Below are positions 34,389-47,400 of a stretch of DNA of 64,000 bases, in pieces (the first letter of the stretch is position 1; every line of letters starts with the position of its first letter). A program made the translations under genes and the position numbers. The stretch comes from Podarcis erhardii. Taxonomy: Eukaryota. The notes under the pieces are model-generated. The model was given only the letters and a program-made list of their open reading frames with translations. It was not told the DNA's origin and searched no databases. The stretch is taken from NCBI GenBank assembly GCA_964252035.1, contig OZ176200.1; one strand, written 5' to 3'.

Positions 34389-36198
34389 ATCAGTTTTATT
34401 ATGGTTTTAACTTTTTTCCCAAGTGACCTTGGGATCCTGTTGAATAGCAGGGTATAAATACAAAAACAAACATAATTATGATTTTTATGAAAGCTTTCAG
34501 ATTCATTTTAAGCACCACCCTCTTTCACAACTCTCCTCTTCTTGGATATAGGGGCCCATGTATCAATCCAGCATTCCACAGGGAATGAAAAGGAGAAGGG
34601 GAGTGAAGAAAGCCTTTGTTCAGTATTAGGTCCATGCTTCAAGCATTCCCTGGCATAGATAAATGATAAGTACACCTCTCTATCTCAAATATGCTTATTA
34701 TTCCATTTATCATTCTTGCGCTGTTCTGAGTTTCAAATGATCATTCTGCACAGGGTGAAAGAGGAGGAGGAGGAGGAAAAATGAGAAAGAAACAAGACAA
34801 AGTGCCATCATTCTGTTTGTCTTTCATTCAGTAAGAAGATTCTTAAGCCATTCTTGAGAGCCTTTTCAGCTGAAAAGCAGGGTAAACAAATGCTCTAAAT
34901 ACCCCTACCCCGCAATCACAAATTGGGCAAACCAATACAGTTTTAAATGAATGTCACCAGAGAGCCTTGGCCTTTATCCTTCTTGGGGGGGGGGGGGGAT
35001 CTGTCAATTCCTCATAAAGATTTAGGACATGACTTAAAGCTGCACACACACACACAAGGATTTAGGATACAACTTAAAACCATAGCCACATATGCACAGA
35101 CTTAAGATAAGAGTTAAAGTGATACACGCAGGAACATAAGACACAGTTTTAAGTCATGCATAAGTAGGCTTTTCCTACCCAATTCTTGTAGAAGACAGTG
35201 CTCCATAAATGCAGAAGCATTTCCCTGTTCTGTTTCCTTCCTTATAGCAGGCAGCAAGGAATGCTTATGTTTAATTGACTCTTTTAGCCATTCCTTTTAT
35301 TCAGCTCTTTCTAGTTGTCCTTGTTTGCCTGTGTTTTGGGGGGTGGGTGGGAGTGGGGAATGTTTGTTTTCATCATACTTTTAAAATTAGTTCATCTTAC
35401 CTTGCACCCAGCCCTATTGAAAGGTGGGCTGCAAATCTTTTAAATAGAAATAAATCAATAAAACATAGTACTCTGATCACACACCCAATATTCAGTCTCC
35501 CCAAAGCAACTTAATATATGGATGGCCTTCAGGGGAAAAATGTTCTTTATTTTTTTCAAGGTAGAAACATTTTATTTGAGGGTTGTTGTTTTTTAAAAAA
35601 AGAAAAAATAGCAACAGCAGCCAGCTATTCATAGGAGAGAGAAATTACTGGCAGGCTTTTTGCTGACTGCCTGTCTGGCTGCTCTTCGTACAAAAGAATC
35701 ATAGAGTGCTTAAAACAAGAATAGTTTATTCATGAGAGAACAAAGGTCTTACATGAAACTTTTCCTGAGGAAGCAATAAAATTGTATGAATAATCTCCAA
35801 CAATATGTCATTAGTATCCTTCAATCCAGAAATTTAACCTAGGCAATTACATAGCACAATACATCAAAATCATATTAGCATTTCCCATCTACTATCGTAT
35901 AATAGCATTATAATATCTGAGTCATGTTTGCTAACTGGGTCTTTAGGCATGCCAGTCACAATGAAATACTTATACAGTTGCAGCCGGTATTAACACTCTT
36001 GTACAAATACTTCGGATCAGATTTGAAAAGATGATTAAGACTGAGCACAATGGAAGGAAATGCAATGGGAATGGAACTACTCATGAAAGGCACCTAAGAC
36101 CGTCAGGTAAGGAGAAAATGAGAATGCGCTGGTCTGCAGTACTGTTTGCAAGAAGTTCGCAAAGCAAAATTATTAAGTATAAATATAACAACAACATA

Positions 36199-36553
36199 GG
36201 GGCGCGGGTGGTGCTGTGGGTAAAACCTCAGTGCCTAGGACTTGCCGATCGTATGGTCGGCGGTTCGAATCCCCGCGGCGGGGTGCGCTCCCGTCGTTCA
36301 GTCCCAGCGCCTGCCAACCTAGCAGTTCAAAAGCACCCCCGGGTGAAAGTAGATAAATAGGGACCGCTTACCGCGGGAAGGTAAACGGCATTCCGTGTGC
36401 TGCACTGGCTCGCCAGATGCAGCTTGTCACGCTGGCCACGTAACCCGGAAGTGTTTGCGGACAGCGCTGGCTCCCGGCCTCTAGAGTGAGATGAGCGCAC
36501 AACCCTAGAGTCTGTCAAGACTGGCCCATACGGGCAGGGGTACCTTTACCTTT
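36199..36553 (+). mobile_element. Sauria SINE, full length, CpG-rich variant
   Basis: Head GGGGCGCGGGTGG...GGTTCGAATCC; tail GGTACCTTTACCTTT; flanks TATAACAA. Confidence 0.92.
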
Positions 36554-36564
36554 TTTATAACAAT

Positions 36565-36591
36565 AACAACAACAACAACAACAACAACAAA
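36565..36591 (+). repeat. (AAC)n microsatellite
   Basis: Direct reading. Confidence 0.9.
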
Positions 36592-36593
36592 TA

Positions 36594-36838
36594 CAGTTGT
36601 ACCTCGGTTCTTGAATGTAATCCATTCCTTCGAGTTTCAAAATGTTCAAAAATCAAGGCGCAAAGGGCTGTCTGCAAATTCAGTTTGCAGAAAACTGAAA
36701 AAACACACAGAAAACTGAAAAACATGCTGTTCAACTTCCGAGGTGCGTTCAAAAACAGAAGCATTTACTTCTGGGTTTTCGATGTTCGGGTTCCAAAACA
36801 TTTGTCAATGGAGACGTACTAGAACCGAGGTACCACTG
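36594..36838. mobile_element. Tc1/mariner-type MITE
   Basis: TIRs CAGTTGTACCTCGGTTCT / AGAACCGAGGTACCACTG; TA flanks. Confidence 0.88.
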
Positions 36839-37281
36839 TAATACTGTTTTAAATTATATCCCTCCCATCTTGCTGGGTTTCCCCAGCCACCCTGGGTGGC
36901 TTACGACATAATATGGCCTCTCCTATGTATGGAAGTGCTCTGATGCATACACAGAGCACGTGTGAAATGAGTGTGTGTGTGAACAAAACATTTTCAAACA
37001 CCGAATTGAATGAAGAACCTCTTCTTACATAAGTTATTCATTTAACTCTCTGGCTCTACATGATTTGGTTGTTTTATTGAGGCAAGGTTGGAACTGATGT
37101 TGCTGCCTTATCATCACAGCCTCAGAATCTGTGGTGGGCAGGGTGTGGGCACCAGCAATGCTTTTTTTCTGGGCATACTCAAGGGTATTCAGTACTGGCC
37201 CCCTTTTTTTCTAGAAGAAAAGCATTGAGCACCAGTCTTAGGTAAGCCAGGAATCAGGAGCTGTGGGACAATCCTGCAGTT

Positions 37282-37636
37282 AAAGGTAAGGGTAAAGGTA
37301 CCTACCATTAGGTCCAGTCATGACCAACTCTGGGGTTGGGGCACTCATCTCACTTTATTGGCCGAGGGAGCCGGCGTACAGCTTCCAGGTCTTGTGGCCA
37401 GCATGACTAAGCCACTTCTGGCGAACCAGAGCAGTGCACGGAAACGCCATTTACCTTCCCGCCAGAGCGGTACCTATTTATCTACTTGCACTTTGACGTG
37501 CTTTCAAACTGCTAGGTTGGCAGGAGCAGGGACCGAGCAATGGGAGCTCACCCCATCATGGGGATTCGAACCGCCGACCTTCTGATCGGCAAGTCCTACG
37601 CTCTGTAGTTTAACCCACAGCACCACCTGCGCCACC
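37282..37636 (-). mobile_element. Sauria SINE, full length
   Basis: Reverse complement of the 23960 family; flanks CCTGCAGTTA/CCTGCTGTTA. Confidence 0.92.
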
Positions 37637-37803
37637 AAGCCTGCTGTTAGGATTAGTTAAAATCAGTTAGAACCGAAGGAGAAAAACAGGAGGCAGGACT
37701 GAAGAACAAACTGACACCATAACTAAAGAATAACCAAGGGTGCTGGATCTCAGGAAGACCATGTACATAGCCCAGCCTGAGTGGAGAGAGTCCGGGTCTA
37801 ACA

Positions 37804-37935
37804 CAGGGTTTCCCAAACTTGGGTCTCCAGAAGTTGTTGGACTACAGTTGCCATCATCCATGATCATCCTCCTAGCTAGGAATGATGGGAGCTGTAGTCC
37901 AACAACAGCTGGAGACCCAAGTTAGAGGTACCCTG
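37804..37935. mobile_element. hAT-type hairpin MITE (132 bp)
   Basis: CAGGGT...ACCCTG termini; perfect 8-bp TSD GTCTAACA. Confidence 0.88.
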
Positions 37936-39648
37936 GTCTAACAAGTCCCATCAGTGCAAGGCTGTCCACTTGTGCAGTGGGACTTTCCATCCCTCTCCTT
38001 CTCTCTGGAGCAGATATTTAGGAGTTTGGGAATCAGACTTCTGGGGGAAGAGGAACTTGAGTGAAATGGCCCACCACCACCACTTTAGTGAGCAGGACCA
38101 TTCTGTGAGTGAAACTATACTCCTGAGAGATCTGCATAAGGTCAGGTAAATAATTGTTCACATAGAATGACTCCTTTCCCCTCTCTTCGCCCTGTGTTTC
38201 CCCCCTCACTATCTCCAGATCTCCTCTGAAAGTTTGGGAGAAACCCCAGAACAGATTTAGATTTATATGAACAGGTTTATATGAAACTAGATTTAAGAGG
38301 AAACAAAAACTCATAGCGGATCAAATATGTTTCTGTGCTCAGAACCTAAGAGGCAAGCAGGCAGGAGCTGTCCAGCTCCTGTTTGCTGGCCTATTTTTTA
38401 CATGAACTGTTTAATCTCATGACACGTCCATCCATCGGAAACTAACAATGGTATTGCTCTTATAGCATTTCTATCTGTTTTGCTTTTGAAAACAATAATT
38501 TTCAATCTCAATACTGTAGCAATTATGTATGAAAAGGTAGCTGAGAAAAATTGATATCACTGAACAAAACCTCGCGAAAACCCTATTATGTTCTTTAGCT
38601 GTGCATCAGCTTTAAACGTGTCCCTTTGAAAAGTTAATGATGTGATTGGTACATCACTTTAAAGATGAAGTGAGAATATGTATAATGACAAGTTTCTAAT
38701 GCAGTGACCTTTTTTAAAGGAAAAAAAAAGCTCTTTTTAAACTTTCCCTTTGGCTATTGGATGCTTATTGAGCTTGTCACATAGAGTAGATTACTGATCT
38801 TTTTAAATACTTTCCTTGCTCTCAGTAATTGATGTAGTACCATTTCCCCACAGGATATTTTCTTGTAAAATACATTCATCTTTTCTCTATTAAGATTAAA
38901 CAGAATGGTCATTATATCAAAAAGAAATAATATTCACTTCTCTACTTACTGCAAAAATGCAGCTATTATCTGTCAAATATACAGATTAATGTTGCCTTCA
39001 GGTAGGATTTTAATGGCCCTTTAAATATAGTGCAGATTTCTGCAACATGCAATAACACAGGAGAGATTTTATTCATTAGGGGAAATTATATCTTAATTAT
39101 ATGTGAACCCTCAGGGTTTTGTTGTTGTTCGATTCATGCTTTTAGCAAAGAAATATTTATATATTCATCCCACTACAAATTTATGGTGTCGCTCACATTG
39201 TAGACTAAAAGTTCAGGTTAAAAGTCAGTATAGACTCTTTCCTTTTAAAAAATTGGATATAAAGTTTCTAGTAGTGTTTAGAATGACAGCAAATAAGTTT
39301 ATATTTTGCAATTATACTCATATGAACTAACAATGAACAGCCTTACCGAGGCCAAAAATAACACGGAGTGGTTTGATTTATAAGTAGAAACTAAATTTGA
39401 ATACAACCTGGTAGTCAGCTTGCCCTAATACATCTAGATCGTTGTTATAACTGCTGTAGCATTATTCATTGCTGAAGAAGCAACCCTCTTATAAATGGAA
39501 TAGAGGCTTGTCTCCTTGCTAGAAGAAAGTGTCAGCATCGCCCTTGAGCCAGTGTCACCAACTGGACTCATCCACTTCAGCCCCGACTGGGCTAGGCGAG
39601 CTGGGTAGCACTTCCAGAGACCACCTTCTGCACAGGAACAGGTCAAAG

Positions 39649-40034
39649 TGCTGTGGACTCACAGCTTAGAGTTGTGAGCACTGGATTCACTCCAACAAGA
39701 AGACAGTCGTCGCACAGCAGAGTACAGCAGAGTCTAGCAGAGCATTAATGACTCGGAGAGCAGCTCTGTAGAATATCTTCTTTATTCTATCTACAGTTAT
39801 AATACACAACTATATACAGAGCTAAATGAGGTCTAAGCATAAAAGAATGAACCGCACTGAGTGCCTGCAGCTGCTCTTAGCAGCAACCTTATCTGTACAC
39901 ACGATCTCTAACACTCAGTCTCTCTCTCTCTCTGACTGACTGACTGACTGACTGACTGATGTTAGGCTGGAGCGGAATAAGTAGAGAGCAGAACACCGCC
40001 CCTCCTCTCTGGAAAATCACCAGACTCATCAGCA
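39649..40034 (-). mobile_element. Solo-LTR-like element containing (CT)n(GACT)n (39932-39959)
   Basis: Inverted termini TGCTGTGGACTC / GACTCATCAGCA; AATAAA on minus near 39781; TSD not found. Confidence 0.5.
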
Positions 40035-40865
40035 GATTCTTGGATATGGGAGGGGTGAAATCTCCTCAGAAAGATGGGGTAGAAATTAAGTAAATAAATA
40101 AAATAAATAAAATGGTCAAGCCATATGCAGGTTGCTGTGCCTACATGTTGCTAATCTGTGTCCATAACAACTTATATTTCTTGTAATTAAAAATGTACTA
40201 AAGATCATTTGCCTATTTTTATTTTCATCTTCATAATCTTTATGTTCTCTGCACGGAGAACTCTGTTGTGCCATTTCCAATAAATTTTGTCCAGACAAGC
40301 CAAGATCTGTTGAAAGAGAAATGACATTTTATAGAGTTGCTAAATAAAAGCCTATTCATATTTTTTTCCCCTTAAACTATCTTGTCTGTTAAGACACTAA
40401 CTAAATTACCTCTCCAATCGTCTGCCCCGAAGTCTTAAAGATTTTGAATGATGTATGTAAACACCAGCCAGTTTAATTCAGTGTTTGTTTGTTCTTATAT
40501 GCCCCCAGGACCTTCCCATTTCCTGAATTTTAGATGCCTTGCTTTTTGTAGAAATCATTAAAATGCCTTGTGTAACAACTTGATTCAAAGGCAAGCATGA
40601 TGGATTCTATAGGCCCAATGCTGGTTAGGCTGTTTTCATGTATAAAGAAGCACTAGACCAAACATTTTCTTAATTGTTGCTGTCAAAGAAAAGACCTGAA
40701 ATAACATTTTGACCTATACGTTAGTTATGTTTTGTGTCTGGCAACTTGGTGCTTTCCTTGATGCTCTGCCACTCTCCCAGGCTAGAACCACTCTTTGCAG
40801 GTGTCAACAATCTGCTCCATTGAATATTTTATGACTCATTCGAAAAGAGAACTTGTCACTTAAAA

Positions 40866-41001
40866 TAGGAATGTGGAACATGTGGGACTTTGGATGTTGC
40901 TTGACTCCAGTCCCATCAGCCCCAGACAGTATGGCCAGGGGTGAGGGATGATGGGAGTTGTAGTCCAATAACATCTGGTAGCCCACAGTTTCCCCATCCT
41001 G
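40866..41001. mobile_element. Degenerate hAT-type hairpin MITE
   Basis: Shares the GATGTTG...CCCATCA / GATGATGGGAGTTGTAGTCC...ACATC arms with 37804 and 49947. Confidence 0.7.
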
Positions 41002-41297
41002 GACTTTAGAAGATGACCAGAAGCCAGAAGTCTGCACATTCCTTCTGCTCTGTGTGTTTGGTAAGACATCTCAGGCATTTTTGCTTCGACTTTATATTCA
41101 CACATTGGTGTAATAACAAGATTAAATTGTTTTATCATTCCTGTCATTCGATAATATAACTATCAGATATATCAGAATCATTCACACATGGATCCTGAGC
41201 ATGTGGTAAGTGTTTTAATTTTTATGTATGGTGGTAGGTGATCTCAGCTCTGTGAAGGCCACTTAGCACAGAATTATGCAGTTGGTATACTGTTTTA

Positions 41298-41445
41298 TTT
41301 TGTTTATTTATTACATTTAGAGAGCACCTTTATCTGCCAAGGAGCTCAAGGTGTTCTACATGGTTCTCTTCCTCCCTATTTTATCCCCACAACAACCTTG
41401 TGTGAGATAGGTTAGGCAAAGAGATGGTGAGTGGCCCAAGGTATA
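41298..41445 (-). mobile_element. CORE-SINE (MIR/Ther1-like) fragment
   Basis: CCTATTTTATCCCCACAACAACCTTGTG...TAGGTTAGG...TGGCCCAAGGT. Confidence 0.65.
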
Positions 41446-41451
41446 CTAACA

Positions 41452-42485
41452 GGAACAGGAAGCAGAAAGTAGGAATAAATGGGCGGTTCTCACAATGGAG
41501 ATGTAATAAGTAGGATTCCTCGAGGTTCAATATTAGGAGTTTTGCTTTTTAACTTGTTTATAAATGAGTTGTTTACTTGGTGAGCAATATGGTGGCTCAA
41601 TTTACTGAAGATGTCAAATTGTTCAACAGTAAAAGGAATTGTGAGGAACTCCAAAAGACTCTCTCCAACCAAGAGGAATAGACATGATAAATGCCAAAAA
41701 GACCCACCTTTATTTCACATATCCACTAGAGTATTGGTGTCTGAACTGGTGGTGGCAGACAGAAAGAAATCTTGAAGTTGTGGTGGATAGCTCAATGAAA
41801 ACATCAACCCAGGTTGTTGTAAAAAAGAGAGAGAAAAAGGCAAAGTCATGTTAGGGATAATTAGGATGAGGATTGACAGTAAAACTGCCAGTGTCATAAT
41901 GCCATCATACAAATGTATGGCATGACAAGTACTTGGAATACTGGGTACTGTTCACATTCCTATACCTCCAATTATCAGAGGGCTAGAACAACTGCCCAAT
42001 GGCAAAAGTCTTCAGTATTTGGGTCTTTTTAGTTTAGAAAAAAAGGTGAGTAAGAAGGAACATGATAGAGCTGTATAAGATTATGCTAAAGTTGTTAGAG
42101 AGAAGTACCACCATAATACTAGAAATTGAGGTAATCCATTGAAGCTGTATATTGGAAGATTCAGGAATTACTTCTTCACAGAGCACATACCGGTAGTTAA
42201 ACTGTGGAATTTGCTACTGCTAGATCTGGTAATCATCACAAAGTTTGATGGCTTTAAAGGGAGATGAGACTAATTCATGGAGGATAAGGCTATCAGGAGC
42301 TACTTGCCACCACAGCTATGTCCTACCTTCACTGTCAAAGGCAGTGGAATCACAGATGGGGAGAACACTCCTGTGCTCCAGTCCTGCTTGCAGGCTCCCC
42401 ATAGACATCTGGTTGGCCACTGTGAGAACAGGATATTGGATTAGATGGGCCTTTGGTCTCATCCAGCAGGGCTTTTACATTCTTC
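41452..42485 (+). mobile_element. Old degenerate CR1 fragment (RT end and 3' UTR)
   Basis: Decayed VGING, PxGSxLG and FxDD regions; 3' end GGCCACTGTGAGAACAGGAT...TAGATGGGCC shared with 62030-62469. Confidence 0.75.
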
Positions 42486-43585
42486 TCTTTTATTGACAAT
42501 GGTGCAGCAGTAGTCTTCTCTTCTCATTGTTCTGTTATAAATTGGAATAATTTGTACCTTGAATGAGATTCCTGCACAGCTTCAGGAATACATACTGTCA
42601 GAAGAGACTGTAATAAAGTATCAATCTATCTTCTTAAGAAAATACGAAAACGTTTGAACTGACCACTCTTGACTGCCAAAATGTAATGCCAATTAGTACA
42701 GTATGCAGAAGAGATGGTTCTAATGGGGCTGATTTTGATCAGAGAAGCAGTAAAGGTAGAAGGAATCACTATTTCCCATATTCGTAAATTGAAACGAGGA
42801 AAAACACCAAGGAGTTAAGCAGAATGGCTTTCACTGGTTTATTCTTCAAGGACTCTGGCAGGCGGAATGCTGGCTCAATCTTTGTGAGAGCTCAAAAACA
42901 GCTGATGATAGTGATAATGTCTTTTATTTCTCTGAGTTTTGTGAGGCGTGAGAAAATAAGATGGGTTCTAAGCAATAGGACAATTCTATTTTCCTCTCAG
43001 TACATGGGAAGATAAGGCTGCCATGTGTTGATGAGATCAGCTCTTTAATAGCTGTAATTTATCTGACTGCACTCTGGAGGTAAACAGAACATTCCGGTTT
43101 AAAGTTAAAAGCATAATGTAGTTTAGGTGTTTCCTTAATTCTGTTATCACAATGAGATTGTTGATCTATTGGCATATTTTAAATAAAAATGTCTGATTCT
43201 TCTCTGAACAGTATGCAGTAACACTTACTTCACTACTGCTTTTACTGTTTAACATTAAATTTAGCAGCAGCTGCCTGCTAGGTAGGCACTGTACAGAACA
43301 AAGCTTGTGGCCAAAGTTAGTCCTGCTAAGAGCAGACCCATTGAAATTAATAGAAATGGCTATCTCACAGCTATTAATTCCAGTGGTTCTACTCTGAGTA
43401 AAAGTTAATTGGCTATAACCCATAGGAGTGGAGGTGTTCCTGCCTGAGGAAGCTTATCAGGAAAGGGAATCAAAGTTCATAATGTGCGGGTGTTCCCCAT
43501 ATGCAGGCATGGGGTAAAATTGAGGTGCTCCATATTTTGTTGGGGCCACATTTCAAAGCAAAGGAACTGGAAACTGACCTCATGT

Positions 43586-43985
43586 AATACTGACCTATCA
43601 GCGTTTATTTACCAAAGCCAGACTAAATGCATTTCCAACAGGCTTTGTTTATGTTCTCAGGACGTTGATTGCATGAAGCATATCTTACTGCATTGTGGGC
43701 AGTACAAGCAAGCAAGGGACCAACTGATCAAACCCATACTGGCAAATCTGCCGGGAAAATCCGAAGCCTCCCATATTAAATATCTTTTGGATGACAGTTC
43801 TAATGATATTACACTGGCCGTGGCAAAGTTTCTTTGGGAAGTAAAAAGAAACAAAGATCATCAAGCTCGAGACAAAACAAAATGACCGCCTCGGTTTCTC
43901 TATCTTTTGTGGTTGGCTGTCTTAACTGTATTTTGTTCTGAAATTGTTCTATGGGTCTTTGGACCGCAATAGAGATTTATTATTA
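43586..43985 (+). mobile_element. 3' end of a non-LTR retrotransposon ORF2 with CCHC knuckle (clade uncertain)
   Basis: FTKARLNAFP (frame-shifted), then RLCLCSQ...KHILLHCGQY...R..LIKPIL...VAKFL*. Confidence 0.65.
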
Positions 43986-44289
43986 CTGACATCAGAATGC
44001 AGTTATCCTTTAGTTTTCATACATCAAGGAATTTGTATGATACAGTTCTTAAATTTGAAAAAAAGCAAAATGCATATAAAATGCAGGATGTATCATAAAA
44101 TGTGTACATAAGCAATGCGAGTTTTTATGCATAAAAATATGCAGACTGAGGCAGAAAATAGATGAAAGTGACTAATGAAGGAACAAATGCAAAGCGTTAT
44201 GGGCAGGCATACAATAAATAGGATCCATCCATCCACAGAATGAAAATAGGAATGGAAACGTAGGCAGTAGATAACATGGGTCAGCACTG

Positions 44290-44480
44290 GCTTTGTCAAA
44301 GAGGTTGACCTGAAGGCTGAGAGGGAAGATATTGGATAGAATCAAGTGGGGAAGCTGGTTTAGGAATAGGGAGTCCTATGGTCAAAGGAATGCAGTTGGG
44401 AACAGAAGATGACATTGGAAAGACTGGATCAGTTTGAGAGAAAGAGCAGTCAGAACTGGGGAGATTTTAAAACAAGGACT
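44290..44480 (-). mobile_element. Ancient L2-like remnant
   Basis: The minus strand ends ...CCTTCAGGTCAACCTCTTTGACAAAGCC, resembling L2 3' ends; heavily decayed. Confidence 0.3.
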
Positions 44481-47400
44481 GGAAACTTGAAATAAAACAA
44501 GAAAACAAACATGAACAAAATGGCTCCCATTATATGTGGTCGCATCATTTAATAAAATAGTCTGCATGGGCTTCAGTAGATGAGGCAAGCAACACACTGT
44601 AGAGGTGAGGCAGTGGTGACCTAGTGGAGATGGGAGATTCTGAACCATCACGACATTCATCTTATTGCTTAGCTTTTCTTTTATTCTCGACTCTTAAGAT
44701 GATATGTTCCTTCCATATGCCGGAGGACTGCCTATCTTTCTTCTCAATTTCAAAACCAAGAAAGCACCACAGACAGGAAAGAAGAAAGCATATGGAAAAA
44801 AGACTTCTTTCAGGCCCAACACTTTTTCCTTTTGTCTGGTGTACTATAAATACAAGAAATGACTATGCACTTAGGAAATGGGATAGCAAAAGTTTGTGGT
44901 TCAGAAGATTGTAGTGAGGTATACCGTAATAGAATCCCAGTAAAAGAAGACCAATGTATCAAATTATATACTATAAAATCCACCCCCCCCAAAAAAAACC
45001 CTCAACCCTATAAAATATATAGACATGCATGACAGGAACAAAAGAATATCTAGACAAACCAAGTTAACAACAGAACAATTGTCTAACAATAAAACAACTC
45101 CTGTAACAAGAACAAACAAATTTAATATGGCTCAAGATGCAGCCTAAAGAGATTTCTTTCATTCTATTCTCCAATTACTCAGTATGAAATTATTATACAG
45201 TACTTGCCATATATGCATATTTCTTATATTTATAGTTCTCCCAAAGGAAAAAAAAATGTGCTGGGCCTGAAAAGAATCTTTCTTCTAACACCTGGAGCTC
45301 CTTCCTCTCTTTTAAAAATTTCTTTTCCATTGGCCTTAGCTTACAGTTTTCACATAGATGCACAAATGGTGGGGATCTTCTCCAAATATAGGAGATCTAT
45401 ATTTTCTTCTCATTGCAGTTCTAGGATGCTTTATAAATTCCAAAATGTAATGCCAGTTGGGGGCATTCTTATGTCTCTAAAGTAACTATTAAATTCATTC
45501 TTAACACACTTTCCTTAAAAACACACCAAAGAAAGGATGGGGACAGTGGTTTTGTTTTATTTACTCGATTTACTTTTAATAGGTGTTTTGTTGGCAATGT
45601 TTACTGAGTATTGTATCCATAAAATGTTTAACTTTTTAAAAAGTTACTGTTAAATAGATAAAATTCTCTCTTTGGCATAATAACCTCATTAATTATAGGG
45701 GATCGTCTATAAATTTTGACATTTATTTGAGATGAAATACTGAGTGCAATAATGGTCAAGAAGGCAGTGCTGAGGTGAGGCAGGGGGAGTATAAGCCAGC
45801 TTTGAGGAGAGATGTATTGATTTAATTAAATTTCTGTCATCTGCCTAGGGGGGGAAATGGCAAATTGGAGTCCACTATATTGGTCAGATACTTCAGATTT
45901 GACACAAATGAGGTCTTTATTAATTCTTTGCCTGAGCCCATCACTTGTAGTCACTGCGTTACACAGTTATTTTTGAGATGTGTTACATTTTGCACCCAGT
46001 ATAAGAAATCAGCTGCTGGTGCAAGAACGTGTGTCTGTAATGACAGATCAGCCAAGGTGTTCCTACCCAACAGGTATCTGAAATATTGTGGGTAAAATGG
46101 CACTGCTTAAATAAATGATATTCTCTGTCTTTAATGCTTGGAATGAATAAATTTGATGAAAGAGGTATAAACTAGACGAACTTCATAAATTTGATGGAGG
46201 TGTAGTACCAAAAGCACAGACCGAACCTAAAAAAAGCACCATCTCCCACAATGATCTGCCTTTACCTTGAGGTCTAGGGCAATACCCAGTGAAGTAGACT
46301 CACTAATGCAAAGACCTTTGGCTTTTCTCTCCTGCTCCTCTGCCCATGCATGCACCCATGCCCCAGGATACTCTCAAATCAGTGCTGGAAGGCTGGAGGA
46401 ATCCACCAAACAGATTTTAAGGATGTTGCAAGGGGAAGGGGAGCTCAAAAGTCCTTGCAATAGTGGATCTATTTAATTGACTACTGCCCCTACATTAGAA
46501 ATGGCTCTTCTCCATGCATCCCCACAGTTAAAGGATTGATGGGTTGTGAATGGGCAAAGAGCTCAGGCAGCACCCAGGCAGCTCACCTGGAGCCAAGCTT
46601 GATGATCTTTAAGAAGCCTTTATTTGCCCAGCCATTCAATTGATTTTAGATATGGCTTTATTTCCGCATCGTTTCTGCTGTCTGTTTTTACTCACTGTTG
46701 ATTCTGCATCGCTTTCGGCTGCTTTGATTGTCGTCTTCACTGCTGCATAGTTTTTGCAAGCCACTTTGAGAAATATTGGTTTGAAAATGGCTTAGCAGTA
46801 ATCTCAATAAATAATGTAAGCTAAATCAATGTTAACCATAGCCTACCCATGGAGGCCCTGAGGGAGAGAATGTGAGAAGAGTGCTCTGTTTTTGAAATAG
46901 ATGCTGAACTCTGGCCCTTGCAGCTGTACACACTCAGGGTTTAGTTGGAAGACGCCGAGTTGACGTGCCCAACAATTTATTTCTCCTCTTCACAGAGAAC
47001 TCATTTTCAGACTTGATAGCTGGGAGTCCCCCAAGCAAGCCTTTTGAATTACAGTGGATCGTACTCTTTCAGGGTATTAGCTTTCTCCCAATCAAAGCTA
47101 ATGGAATACCATTTTTCTTTCTCCGTGTACAGCTTTCTTTTTTCTTTCTTTCTTTCTTTCTTTCTCGTGGCCAATATGTCCACTCGAAATCACAAGTTTC
47201 ATACCCAGGAGAAAACAGTGCAAAATGAATTTCATAAAAACCACAGAACCGAAGTTACTCCTAACAAACCTCGACTAGTTCAGGTCAAGCTGAATGGCCA
47301 TTCTATATTTTAAATTAAGGCAGCAGGAACCATCAATATCTCCTTTTGTTTGAGCCACGAATGGAAGAGATTCTCAGCCCAATTGCCCTTGCCAATTTCG

